Part shown: piece after piece, positions 1-16,472 of the stretch | How positions within the stretch are numbered: the first letter of the stretch is position 1 | How the letters are laid out: each line of letters begins with the position of its first letter | Source: the human T2T-CHM13v2.0 reference genome, Homo sapiens | DNA: 64,000 bases | Strand: one strand, 5' to 3' | Assembly: GCF_009914755.1 (NCBI RefSeq) | Contig: NC_060934.1 | Notes under the pieces: generated by a model | Seen by the model: only the letters and a program-made list of their open reading frames with translations | Told to the model about the DNA's origin: nothing | Databases searched by the model: none | Position numbers and translations under genes: made by a program

Positions 1-23
1 CGACATTACAATGATATTTGTGA

Positions 24-87
24 AGATACTTTTAATGTGGTAGTTATAAGTGCATAGATACTTTTAAGGTGGTAGTTATAAGTGCAT
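24..87. repeat. 32-bp tandem duplication (2 copies, 1 mismatch)
   Basis: agatacttttaa(t/g)gtggtagttataagtgcat at 24-55 and 56-87. Confidence 0.95.
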
Positions 88-94
88 TAAATAG

Positions 95-565
95 TACTTG
101 GTCTGTGTGGACCAGATGGGTTGGAACATGTATCCCAAGTCTAAGCCTATCAGAAAAAAATGTTCCCTTGTCTTAATGATTGTTTTAGGGGCGTGCACCA
201 GATCTAAACATCTCTCATTAGAGTGTACCATTGATATTTTTCTAGAAATATTGGAAAAAATATTTTCTTTTATAAGAGCTTTGGAAAACAATATCTCTCT
301 TTGAATACAGTGGTAAGAGGGTGTAAAGTCTGGAACTGATTCTAGTGGTTTGAGTTCCATACCATAAGGGAAGCTAATATGAGGAAAAGCCAAGTAAAGA
401 AAGTAAATCTGAGAGAAGTGAAAGTAAATAAAACCAGAGCCCAGACGAACTTTTGGTGTGTGCTTGAATCTACTTCTCCTGCTGGATTTTTCAGTTCTAT
501 GGCCAATAATATCCTGGATTTTTTTCAGCCAGTTTGAATTGGGTTTACTGACCCTTGAAATATAA
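95..565 (+). mobile_element. Old MaLR LTR remnant (MLT1J/K-like)
   Basis: ggatttttcagttctatggccaataatatcc...cagccagtttgaattgggtttactgaccctt resembles the MLT1 3' end; boundaries approximate. Confidence 0.55.
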
Positions 566-3339
566 TAAATTCTAAATGATATACACATGCTATAATACTA
601 AGTCAGGAAGAAATGTGACTTGAAATGATAATATGCAATGTGTTCTCAATTGTGGAAAATACTTATTCACAGAAAACTCTAAAAATGTATAAAAATATTC
701 CTACTTAATGACCATTATTTATTTTTTATTTTTTTACCCATTTTTCAAGTTTCACATTGGGTACCCATTACTTTCATTATCTAAAATATAATATTTATTT
801 TTTCGATCCATATCTTAGGAGGCAAACTGGGCAAGTCATTTGGAATAATACATGAAGATTTGTTTTCAGCTACCAAGGCAATAAAATGCTCCTCTTGAAA
901 TAGCAAAAAAAAAAAAAAAAAACCTTTTGTAATTCATAAAAATCTTGGGGAATATTTATCTCAGTGAGTTAATCTAGCCTGTCTTCCATGCAAACCAGGA
1001 ATAGGGAAGTTGTTCAGTTGCAGAATGAAATTGATAAATTATCTGTGGTATAATAAGGTACTCTTCAATTTCTACATCTTTATGGAGGATTACATGCAGC
1101 TAAGACAGAAACTTGTTCCCTGCCCCTGGAAAAGATGGGCATTGTCTCTTTCCTGGGGTTACTCAGCTTTAAAAAGTTAATTTTAATTGAAATTTTCACA
1201 TGGTTTTAATAACAGGAAAATAGCCACTATTATAAATTAATAATAGTGATAATGTCACTATCATCAACTGTTTTTAGATTCAGTAATGGTTCCTTTGTAC
1301 AGTAAAATGCAATAGGCTGATTTCTGATTAATGCATGGTTATCAAACTCAAATATTATTTTAAAAGTGAGCAACAGTAACAATTCTTCAAAATAAAATTG
1401 TAATAAAGAGTGTTGCCACAATGTCAAAATCCCACTGCCATAAACACCCACTATTTATCCAAGTGTTTCTGTGGCTTTGGCTGTTACATTAATTTCAGTA
1501 TTGGTAGGCACTATAGAATTGTTCTCTCATCAAAGCAATGAGTGGAAAAGTACAATTATATATTCTCCAAGTCCTTATTTTTAGCGGATGCCACTTTTCT
1601 ATTAGATTTGGGAGTGATATACCAAAGTGATAGTATTTGAAATATTTTTCTTACTTCTATGGCAGTATAATATATACATAGATAACCAGAAAATCTGCCT
1701 CATCACAAATATAATGTTTTATATGATGATTTGCAGAACAAAACTCCACTTTTCTTGAAGTTATATGCCCTATGTTTGAAGGGTTCCATCAGACAGAACA
1801 CTTTATTTGATTAGACCTTGAATGATTTACACATTTACACAGGATTAGTGAGACAGACATGCTCCTTTGAAATTGTGCACTCAGACATAGCTGGGCTCAT
1901 CAGCCTGTGCATTCCAACTGGCCAAGTCCTGCGAGTCCTCACGCTAAGCCCATTCCTGGTTCTGAATCAAAGGTTAATATTTGGAGTAGCTTATCAATAT
2001 GTATAATCAATAATGATATTATGACACATCAGCTATTACACATTCTGGTATCCTTCAAAACTTTTCTACAGAAAAACTAAATTTAAAATACTGAAAAACA
2101 AATAACAAAACAACATTAAAAAATAAAGGTTAGATTTTGAAACAATAGCAATAAATTTTTATTAAGTTCTTATTTATCTGTATATGATAGGAATTGTTTT
2201 TATGTCTATACCTTTCCCTCAGATTTTAAGAGATTTCATTTTAAAGAATTTCGTATTGAAAAATAGCCTTAAAGAAAGACGCTCAGTTGATTACAAAAGC
2301 ATATAACCAAAAGTCACTAAAGAAAATCCCAAAGCAGCCTGCTCAAGTAAGTATAGTCCCTCAGTCTGTAATGAGTGTGTGAAGAGTGATTTAAGTCTGC
2401 TTTCTCGATGTGAGATAATGAGATGGAAAATGTGAATGGTCTGCCAATATACTGCTCAGGCACACATGGAAGGGGGTCCTAGGCCTTCTAAAGTCTAGTT
2501 CAAGCTCCCAAACACGAAACCACAAAGAGTTAATGATAATTGAGATCATATGCTTCTTATCAAAGCTTCCTTAAAAAAAAAAAAAGCAGCTTAAGGGAAA
2601 ATTCGTAAATATGTGTCTTAACCACAGTCTACCAATCCCCTTCCGCATTGGAGCCTTTAGCTAATTTGTTGACTTAATTACCCAAGGCACAGGAAGGTTA
2701 AACAGAGTGATAATCTGATTTTCTCTGATTGCTGATCACTGCAGAAAGTGGTCCATGGGAAGCAAAAATAAACCTAGAACCTTAGGCTATGTAAAATGGA
2801 GAAGTGAGGCAATTATCCAGATAATTCAGGCAAAGTTGACTGTTTACAGTAATCAAATTATCTGGATAAGTACATAACCTACTCTCTGTCTACAGGAACA
2901 ATGGCTTTAATCATATCATCTGGTCTGATTAAATAAGTTATTCTTTCTATCTGTATTTAGTGTAAATTATTTCAATTTAATAGTCAAATTCATACATAAA
3001 AACCTATTATAATACCCTATAAAAATATCATCCCAAATGGTGGGGATATTAATAATATTTTGTCCAAGTAAAGAATGAGTGCTTCTCTTTAAATAATTAG
3101 AAAACATGAGACCACAGAAAGAAAAAAAAAATGTGGGAAAAACAAATTTACTGTGGTGAGATTAATGCAAAGTCCTGTATGAAAAGTGAGGTAAGAAAAG
3201 TTGAAATTATCATGGTAAATGGAAGTTTATTCCATACCACATCACTAGAAAATTTACATGCTGAAGCTCTCTGATTGTCAAGAGGCACCAAAATAAAATC
3301 TTTCAATAGAAGATTCAGTTAACTCATTTTCTTCTCACT

Positions 3340-3878
3340 TTTAATACTTCGTTGTTTTAGACATTTTAGAAAATACAGAAAATTATAAAGAAAACCAAAA
3401 TCACAGTCCAGAGAACACCACTCTTAATGTTAATTGCATCTGTTTTTCTGGACTTTTAAATAATTTTATATGATGGTATTTGAGCTTCTGGATCAAATCA
3501 GGAATAATTTTTCAATTATGTCCATCGGTTTTGAAAATGGAATTGTAATATATATGCTGTTTTGAAGATGCAGTTTCCATTGGGCAATATCTCAGTGTCT
3601 TCTTATATCAGTAAATATGTAGACATGGCATCGTTTTTAATACACTTATCTGAATATGACACAGACATAAGCCCTACTTTTGGGCATTTAGGTTATTTCT
3701 AATTTTATTATAAACAGCTAAGTGTTGGATATTCTCACACATGCATGTTTACATACTCACCTGATTTAATTTTTTCCTAGCTTAGATTTCTAGAAATGGT
3801 ATTACTAAGTCAAAGAAAATGAACCTTTTATGGTCTTTAGTATATATATTGGTCAACTGAATGCTATACATTTTTTAT

Positions 3879-3914
<36 letters not shown>

Positions 3915-4830
3915 AGATGGAGTCTCGCTCTGTCACCCAGGCTGGAGTGCAGTGGCGGGATCTCGGTTCACCGAAAGCTCCGCCTCCCGGGTTCACGCCA
4001 TTTTCCTGCCTCAGCCTCCTGAATAGCTGGGACTACAGGCACTCGCCACCACGCCCGGCTAATTTTTTGTATTTTTCAGTAGAGACGGGGTTTCACCGTG
4101 TTAGCCAGGATGGTCTCAATTTCCTGACCTCGTGATCCGCCCGCCTCGGCCTCCCAAAGTGCTGAGATTACAGGCATGATCCGCCGCACCCAGCACATTT
4201 TACAACTTTTAAGTGTCACAAGCTGGGTACAAGAGCTTGTACCTGGTTCCTCACAGCATGTCATCACTAAATAACATCTTAATTTAAAATCAATTAACAT
4301 CTTATTTTAAAATTTAAAAATATTTTTGGTTCAGCAATTTGATATGTAAAAAAGGCAAATTTCTTGCTCTTCTTTGCATTTTATGTAAAATGAATATATT
4401 TTCATAATTTATTTTCCATTTGTTTTTTATAGTTTCTCTTTTATGAGTCACCTATTTGGATATTTGAATTTTTTATCTTTTGGGATAGTTTTTCATGTTT
4501 TAAAAAATAATTTTACCTTCATGTTCTTTTCAATTTCTAAGAGTTCATTTTCATAGTAAGAATATAAAACCTCTGTCTATGGCGATCTTGCAATAATTTT
4601 CTCAGTTTTTCAGTTGCCTTATTATATTTTAATTTTTTTTTAGTTTAGAAGCTTCTCAAATTTATGTAATTAAACTTACAATCTTTTTCTCTATTGTTTC
4701 TTCCTTTTAATCATTGCCTATAAAGTCTTTCATTTCCAGAATAAGCTATGTGTATACCCATGTGTTTTTTAAGTGCCAGCACATTTTATTATTATTTTAA
4801 AATTTAGATCTTTAATCCTTTTGGAAGAAA
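3340..4830 (-). mobile_element. Old L1ME-type 3' fragment, interrupted by an AluY
   Basis: Antisense L1M motifs (gggcatttaggttatttctaatt; tagatttctagaaatggtattactaagtcaaag) on both sides of the Alu. Confidence 0.6.
3882..4194 (-). mobile_element. AluY, full length
   Basis: Long poly-T, then AluY motifs gggttcacgccatt and ccgtgttagccaggatggtctc; imperfect TSD acattttttataac / acattttacaac. Confidence 0.95.
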
Positions 4831-4941
4831 AATTCATCACCAATAAAATAAATTTATAGTTTATCTTAATAAAATAAAATATTAGGGCATTTGACTTTAT
4901 TAGTTGTGATTATCCTATCCTGGGTCTTCAAAAGTTGGTGA

Positions 4942-6730
<1,789 letters not shown>

Positions 6731-6879
6731 AAAATGCCTAAGAAAATTGTAATCACAATAAGTATGTCATCACACATGCTAAAACTTTTCTGGATGAAAG
6801 ATACAAACTGGCCATGCCAATAAAATGTGAATGGAACTTAACCGAGGAGTTTGGCAGAGGAATGGCTGGGTTATCTGTA

Positions 6880-7100
6880 GCAGATAGTTTCTCTGCATTT
6901 AGCTGAAAGCATGGTTGTCCAGAATTAAGGCTATTTCTCAGTCTCTCTTAACAGCTGGCAATGGTCATGTAACTAAGTTCTGGGTAATGATATGTTGAGC
7001 GGGAGTGGTGTGTGCAGTATTCTGATTGAGCCTGTGGAGGGAAGCATGTGCTCTTCACTTCCTGTTTCCTCCCTTCTAGCTGCCTGGAACATAAACTTAT
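6880..7100 (+). mobile_element. ERVL LTR fragment (LTR16-like)
   Basis: ggtcatgtaactaagttctgggtaatgatatgttgagcgggagtggtgtgtgca matches the LTR16-type core. Confidence 0.6.
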
Positions 7101-7587
7101 AATGAATTTAAATTAGGAAAAATCAAGATTAGACAAACTTCCTTGCTCTAGTTCATCAGCAATGAATAATAGAACTTAAACATAGGTATTTTGACACAAA
7201 TTATCCACTAAGCATATAATTCAAAATATTCGATTGAATTCTTTACTCCCACAATAATTTAGCATTCTAAAACATTAATTTGCTGAAGAGAAATTGGCTT
7301 TTGGATGAGTTAGGGCATTTACTAAAAGGTTCCTTTATTACTGAAGAGTGGTTAGTAGACTGAAACACTCAGATAATTTGAAATTATTAATTTTATGAGA
7401 TGATCTTTAAAAATACTTTTTGAAAATCAAATTATGCTTTCAGATTTTCCAGGTCAAAATTTGTATTGTAATTTTATTACAATTGTGTTAGAATTAAACA
7501 CACATCCAAGACAATCTTGAAAGACAGACACAGTTGGAAGAGTCATACTCCCTCATTATAAAAGTTACTACAAAATTATAGAATTCA

Positions 7588-9963
<2,376 letters not shown>

Positions 9964-10011
9964 AAAGAATAGTCTTTTCAACAGATAGCTGTAGGACAAC
10001 TAGATATTCTT

Positions 10012-10054
10012 TTTTTTTTTTTTTTTTTTTGAGACGGAGTCTCGCTCTGTCGCC
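10012..10054 (-). mobile_element. Extremely 5'-truncated Alu (24-nt body plus poly-A), 17-bp TSD
   Basis: Poly-T then gagacggagtctcgctctgtcgcc; TSD gacaactagatattctt at 9995-10011 and 10055-10071. Confidence 0.93.
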
Positions 10055-10530
10055 GACAACTAGATATTCTTATGCAAAAGAATTAAGTAGGACTCTTACC
10101 TCACATCATAAAAAATTAACTCAAAATGGAATAAAGACTGAAATCTAAGAGTTAAAACTACAAAACTCTTAGAAGAAAACATACGGGTAAATTTTGATAC
10201 CTAGGATTATGCAGTGGTTTCCTAAATGCCATAGCAAAAGCACAGGATACAAAAGAAAAAAAAAATAGATAAACTGGACAATAACACTAACAAAAAAGGA
10301 AAAAGACAACCCAAAGAATGGGAGAGGATATTTGCAAGTCATTTATCTGATAATAGTCTGCCATTCAGAATACACAAAGAACTGTTACAACTTAATAACG
10401 AAAAGACAATAACCTAACTTTAAATAGGGAAAGGACTTCAGTAGGCATTTTTTCCAAAGAAGATGTGTAAATGACCAACGAATACACAAAAATATGCTCA
10501 ACATCATTAGTCATTAGGGAAATGCAGATA

Positions 10531-10781
10531 AAAACCAAACACCACATGTTCTCACTCATAAGTAGAAGTTTAACATTGAGAACACATGGACACAGGGAGG
10601 GGAACATCACACACTGGGACCTGCTGGGGGTTGGGGAGCTAGGGGACGGATAGCATTAGGAGAAGTACCTAATGTAGATGACGGGTTGATGGGTGCAACA
10701 AACCACCATGGCATGTATATACCTAAGTAACAAAACTGCACGTTTTGCACATGTACCCCAGAACTTAAAGTATAAAAAAAA
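10531..10781 (+). mobile_element. L1PA (about L1PA7-8) 3' end fragment
   Basis: aaaaccaaacaccacatgttctcactcataag...gtaccccagaacttaaagtataaaaaaa, inserted at aaaacc of the host L1MB. Confidence 0.9.
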
Positions 10782-12238
10782 CCTTGAGATAATTATTCAT
10801 AACTAGTGGGTTGGTTACAATATAAAAGATAGACATTAAAAAGTGTTGTTGAAGATGCAGAGAATTTGAAGCCCTCATAAATTACTGATGAGAATGTAAA
10901 ATGGTGCGAACACTTTCCTCAAAAAGTTAAATATAGAGTCACCATATGACCCAGCAATTCTACCCCTAGGCATATACAAAAGAGAACTGAAAATATATGT
11001 CCACCAAAAACTTATACATAAATGTTCATAGCAGCATTATTCATAATAGCTAAAAAGTGAAAACAACCGTCTACCAGTGAAGAGTGGATACACAAAATGC
11101 AGTGTATCCAAACAATGAAATACTACTGAAACTTTAAAAAGAATGAAGTACTGATACAAGTTACAACATGAATAAACCTTGAAAACCTTATGCCAAGTGA
11201 AAGACATCAGTCACAAAAGGCCTCATATCACTGGAGTCCATTTATACAAAATGTTTAGAATAGGCAAATTCTGAGACAGAAAGTGGAGAAAATATTACCA
11301 CAGGTTGATGAGGATTGAATGGGGAGTGACTGCTAATGGGTATGGAGTGTGACATCGAGGAGATGAAAATGGCTTGGAATTAGAGAGTGGTAATGGCTAT
11401 ACAGTTTTGTGAATATACTGAAAACAACTGAATGGTGTTGTGAAAAGTATTATGATATTTGAATTACTTTTTTTAAAAGCATACAGTAAGCACATATCGT
11501 ATCAGGAAAGAATATCAGAAAAGAATAGGCATCTATTGCTTTGGTGGTCATTGTATTCTTCCAAGCATCATGAAGAAATAATTAAAACAGATTCAGGTAA
11601 ATCAAAGACTTGCACTTAATTTTATCCAATTTAAAATCTTTTTTAGTAATTTTTTTCCTGTTGCCGTATATGTTACTCTTTCTTTCAAAACTGTAGTACT
11701 TAAAAAAAAATTCTTGTGTGCAATTTGAGAATGAAAGGCTCATATTAGCTTTAACTGCCAGTGGTGTAGACCTGCTGGCACCATTAACAAAAGGGGAGTA
11801 TTCTGACACTCGGGAAAGATGCTCTTATTTCCCTGGTCCACAAAGAGCCAAAGGCAAGCCCTATTATTAGAGCCAGTGAGGCCAGATTCACCATATGATT
11901 AATCACCCAAGTAGAGGCAAAAATTCAGGTTGGATTGCACCTAGTGTGTGGGTCAGAGAGCTTTTCCTGAGCCTGTTAAGGGTTTCAGGCTTGTAATTTC
12001 CTCCTTCTACAATAAACTCTCTTCTACCATGCTGTAAAAAAAAAAAAAAAAAAAAAGTTTGAGTGATGAATCCTCCTGGAAGCAAAGTGGTTGCCAAAAT
12101 ATCAGACCAGGGAAATGACAAGAGGACTTGATTTTATTATTTAGCTACACACCATGCTTCAAATACCTCAAGCAGGATTTAAAAAGACATCTCTAAATTT
12201 CAGTCTCATCATTTTCAGTTTTTGCCATTACAACTCTT

Positions 12239-12346
12239 CTCTCTCTCTGTGTGTGTGTGTGTGTATATACATGTATATATACACATACATATATACATTA
12301 TATATGCACACAAACAGAGATTGAGAGAGGGAGGAGAGAGAGAGAA
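12239..12346. repeat. Compound microsatellite (CT)n(GT)n(TA/CA)n(GA)n
   Basis: Direct reading of the sequence. Confidence 0.85.
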
Positions 12347-13149
12347 AAGTAATGTGGTATTGCATGGCAAGGTCATAGTTTAAAAATATCTTGCCTTTTC
12401 CCAAAGTCTTTAAAAATATCTGCAATCAACTAAGCAACCAATTACTGTACATCCCAAATGCATGTTTTCACAGCTATTTTTAGGGGCAAGATTCAGTCAC
12501 GACACATCCTGTTCACTCATAACAACAGACAGCCGTAGAGGGCAGCTAATGAGTAGGTAGCCAAATGACAATGTCTCCTTACTTTTGACTTTGCTTCCAA
12601 GGCCCGAGTGGCTGCCTGACCGTCTCCACTCTGGCGTCAAACAGTCCCCCTGCAGTATGCAGACAATTTAAATTATTACAAGGCAATGTTGCAAGTATGA
12701 GCCCTGGCCCAAAATAAAGTAATTACATTCAATTAGCAGTCCCCAAAGTGATGGTCCAATACTAAGAGCTTTAGATGTTGCCTTTTGTTGACTTACAGAA
12801 GCCAGGTAATGAGTGAAACTTCAAAGTGTAAGAGACTAAATTACTGCTTAATTAGTGGAAACTAGATCAGAAAACATGGCAAAAGAGAAAAAAAGAACAC
12901 ATACCCACAATTTTCTTTTGTTGTAGGAATTCAGATAATATGCTCCATTTCCCAAATAACAACAACTGAATACCTCAACACAGGAATGTTCTGAGGAAAA
13001 ACCCAAGGGAATGACGTTGTTGGAAGTGTTTTCTGGGGAAAACATTGAAGTTGATGCCATATCTGCCCCCCCAGTGACATGTCTTCTCCTTTTAACGAAA
13101 ATCAATGTTTCTTGTTTGATGTTAAAAAGTAAAGTTAAATAGAATTATA

Positions 13150-14480
13150 TTAGATATTTCCTAAATCCCACTACTGGTCCCATCAGTATCTTTTTGCATA
13201 GTACACTGATAAGTTTGCTGCTTGGAAGAATAATCCTGAACTCAAATATGGCCAGACAAATTCTGAAAAATGAAGAAATATAGGGGAAGCTACCTTTGCT
13301 GATAATTAAAACATAATTTATGTTTTTTAAGTATATGTATTTATATATATATAATTTACTACACAAAAAAGTTGACATTGTCTGTCTGTGAAATAAAGAT
13401 GGTTAGTCAATAAGTGGGTTGAGGCAAATGGTTAAATTTGTAATCACTTATTATACCAAAATATATTTCAGATGGATCAGAGATTTAAATAAGAAAAATA
13501 AAACTAGGACTTAATAAATGTGTAAAGAAAAATCTAAGAATTAACCAATCTAAGAATTATACCAAATCCTGACCACAAAACGTAGATAATTTTTATTTAT
13601 TGTAATATTGAAATTATCTATATTAAAATTTAAAATTATCTATAAGAAAAATAATAATAAAAATAAATAACAAACAACATGTATTTACCATAAGTACTAC
13701 ACACAGAGGGCTAGTGTCTTTAATGCATAAAGACCAGCAACACATTTACAACGAATTTAGTAACAAATACCCAATAGAAAATATAAAAAATATCAATAGA
13801 AAATAAAATGAGCAAAGGTTAGAAACAGCAGGAACAACAACAACAAAAAAGCCTTAAACATGAGATGAATCTCAACCTCACCTACAATCAGTCAATGCCA
13901 AAAGTAATATACCATTTTTGATTTATGAGATTTGCAAATTTCAAAGTTCAAAACATTTTGTGCCTGAGAGTCTAGGGATGCAGACAACTCATACACAATT
14001 AGTGAAATGGGTTCAACCTCTATACAAGGCAATTTTGCAATACTATCAAAATGTAAAATTTATAAACCATTTGACTTCTAGCATCTTCCTACATATACAA
14101 AGGACATGTACAAAGGTATTCATTGCAGCTTATTTATAATAGCAAAAGAAAAACAATATAGATGTCTAATAAAAAATGACTAGTCGAGTACATGAAGCTG
14201 GTCAAAAAGAATGATATACTCTATATGTACTGAATTGTAATTATATGAAATTAAGAAAAATTATATGAAATTAAGAAAAAGCATGATGCTTTCAGTAGCA
14301 TAGGAGACTATCATTTGTAATAAAAGCAGTAATACACATATACTGTCGTCCATCTCTGGAAAAGTATCTAGTAAAAGTCTTGGGAAAAAGAGACGGGTAG
14401 GAGAGAAACTTTAGACTACATTTTTCATATTATACCAAGTGTATGTATTTTATATTCACATAAACACATTAATTGAAATG
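13150..14480 (+). mobile_element. Old L1ME-type fragment
   Basis: ggccagacaaattctgaaaaa, tttcagatggatcagagatttaaat, ggtattcattgcagcttatttataatagcaaaa. Confidence 0.65.
14239..14280. repeat. Perfect 20-bp tandem duplication
   Basis: ttatatgaaattaagaaaaa x2. Confidence 0.9.
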
Positions 14481-15529
14481 CCCAAGGGAACATTTTAATA
14501 TAATGTTCTTTTCCAAAGTCTTGGGTCTGCTTTAATGAATTGAATTATAATTTGATAGCTCCAAAATTTATAGGTATGAAACTCAGAGTAGTCCTCGAAT
14601 TCTATGTGCAATAAATGAATTTTCCGACTGGATGAAATGCTTATATCCTCTGGTTAGAAGACAAATATTAAAAGAAATTGATTAATTATTTATTTTAATC
14701 ACAACTTCCATCTTCACCTTCTTCTGTCTGCCTTCTCCATCCTTTATTCCATATTCAAGTTGCAAAAAAGAGAAAGCTAGACAAAAACTTAAAACTGTCT
14801 TTATAAATTGAACATTGGTATAAAACGAGGACACAGTAATTTTTTACATGGGTAATAATAGAAAAATAATCTGATGATTGATTCATAACCTCCTTTTACT
14901 CATTTATGAATAGTTATATAAATCTTTAACACCAGAGCCTTAAAATAAATTATTCATTTCATTCCCTAAATGAGACACTATTAGGCTTATGTCTTCTTAC
15001 ATGCCCCATAAGGTAATAAAGAAAAATGGTTTTCAAGAGTTTAATCTTCTACATCCTATCTTAATTTGTGAAATCACTTTTCAAGTTACTGATAAAAATA
15101 TCTATTGTCATTTAAATAAAATATATGTATCTGATTGATTACTTCATATTTTATATAGCTACTGATTGTGTGTAATGTGTAAAATCTGTATTTTCATCAT
15201 GACAAGGTGGGGAAAGATTTCCCCAATGGAAAGACTGTATCTTCATTTAATTCTCATCCACTTTCTGTTCCAGAAACATTTGGGCAAATTGAGTAGTTAG
15301 GTAATGACCAAAATAGGTCAATTAAATTCCAAACCTCTCTCTTTCCCTAACTTTACCATGAGGAGGAAGAAGTACACAAATTCAGATCATTGCTTCTTCT
15401 AAGTATGTCTTGAGGTTTTTATTTATATGAGTCCTTTTCCAGCTACAGTGTTTCCTAATTACTTTTAAGAACAATAATCCTCACATACCCTTTGATCAAG
15501 CAGTCCCAGATTTAACAATCTATCCTATC

Positions 15530-15865
15530 ATAATAAAAGCAACAGATAAAGGATATGAGCTATAAAAATAATCATTTCTACACTATTGATAACGACAAAC
15601 CCTGAAAACAACCTGTATGCCCAAGAACAGGAGAAAAGTGATGATATATTTATATGATAAAATATTATGGAACTATTAAAAAGCAGTGAGATATATGTTA
15701 TTAAATACATGTGTAATAACTTCACTCTCATAAAAACAAACTTCAACCAAAAACCCAAAAACCTATTGTGTGAAATATGTATGTAAGAGAATGTACTTGT
15801 TGTATGACCAAGAAGAAATGTGGAAGAATACACATCAAGCTCTTATCACGTATCACTTGAGGTGA
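15530..15865 (+). mobile_element. Old L1ME-type 3' fragment
   Basis: ctgaaaacaacctgtatgcccaagaacaggaga...aaaatattatggaactattaaaaag. Confidence 0.55.
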
Positions 15866-15871
15866 CGGAGT

Positions 15872-16445
15872 ATATCAGTTAGGTTGCCTTTAGCTGCAGA
15901 TACTAGAGATCCAAATTCAAACTGATTTCAAAAGTAAGGAAATAAATTGGAATAGAAATCTACTGTAGTAATCCAGCTAGAGAATGATTTCAGGCTAAGT
16001 GCCTCCCTGGCTGTGTTCTCCCTTGGCTGTTTCCTTAGCATTGCTTTTTTTCTTCTTTTTTCATACTGGAAAAATATCCAATGCAATCCTTTGTTTTATA
16101 TCTATATTTCTAAGGCAACTGTCTAATTTATCACTTACCTGGAAAATTCTGGAGAGTGAAAGGTAATGTAATTAATACTTACTGTAGGACAGTGGGCATA
16201 AACTGGAACTGTCCTAGGCAAACGAAAATCTGTGGCTGTCTTTCACATGTCACAACACCCAAGGGAAAAGAGAGATGGCCTCTTCCACAGGTTTTACCTT
16301 AAGAGAGAAACTAATTTCTCAGAAGCCCCATGTTTTCTTTAAGATTCACTGGCCTGAATTGAGTAATTTCGCTATTCATGATCCAAGCCCTATGGCTGGG
16401 GGATTGCCTAACACTGACTGTGTTTTAGACTAGCCCCTCATTCAT
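15872..16445 (-). mobile_element. MLT1K/L-like MaLR LTR, interrupted by MER94
   Basis: atcagttaggttgcctttagctgcag...aaattcaaactg and agaagcccca...tcactggcctgaattgagt. Confidence 0.6.
16111..16243 (+). mobile_element. MER94-like hAT-Blackjack MITE
   Basis: taatttatc...gagagtgaaagg...attaatacttac...ggcataaactggaactgtcctaggcaaac is collinear with the recalled MER94 consensus. Confidence 0.7.
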
Positions 16446-16472
16446 TGGATAGAAGGATGAGTAATTCTGAAC

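Noticed and set aside
24-87. 32-bp repeat, and the 33-bp repeat at 39316/41822, as CRISPR-like
   Set aside because: Only two copies each, no regular spacers, no cas genes, primate DNA.
76-588. 170-aa - strand ORF
   Set aside because: Overlaps an MLT1-like LTR remnant; no recognisable domain or gene context.
12848-13105. 85-aa ORF and acceptor-like ttttgttgtag near 12926
   Set aside because: All + frames stop soon after the acceptor; the - strand peptide is unrecognised and has no convincing splice sites.
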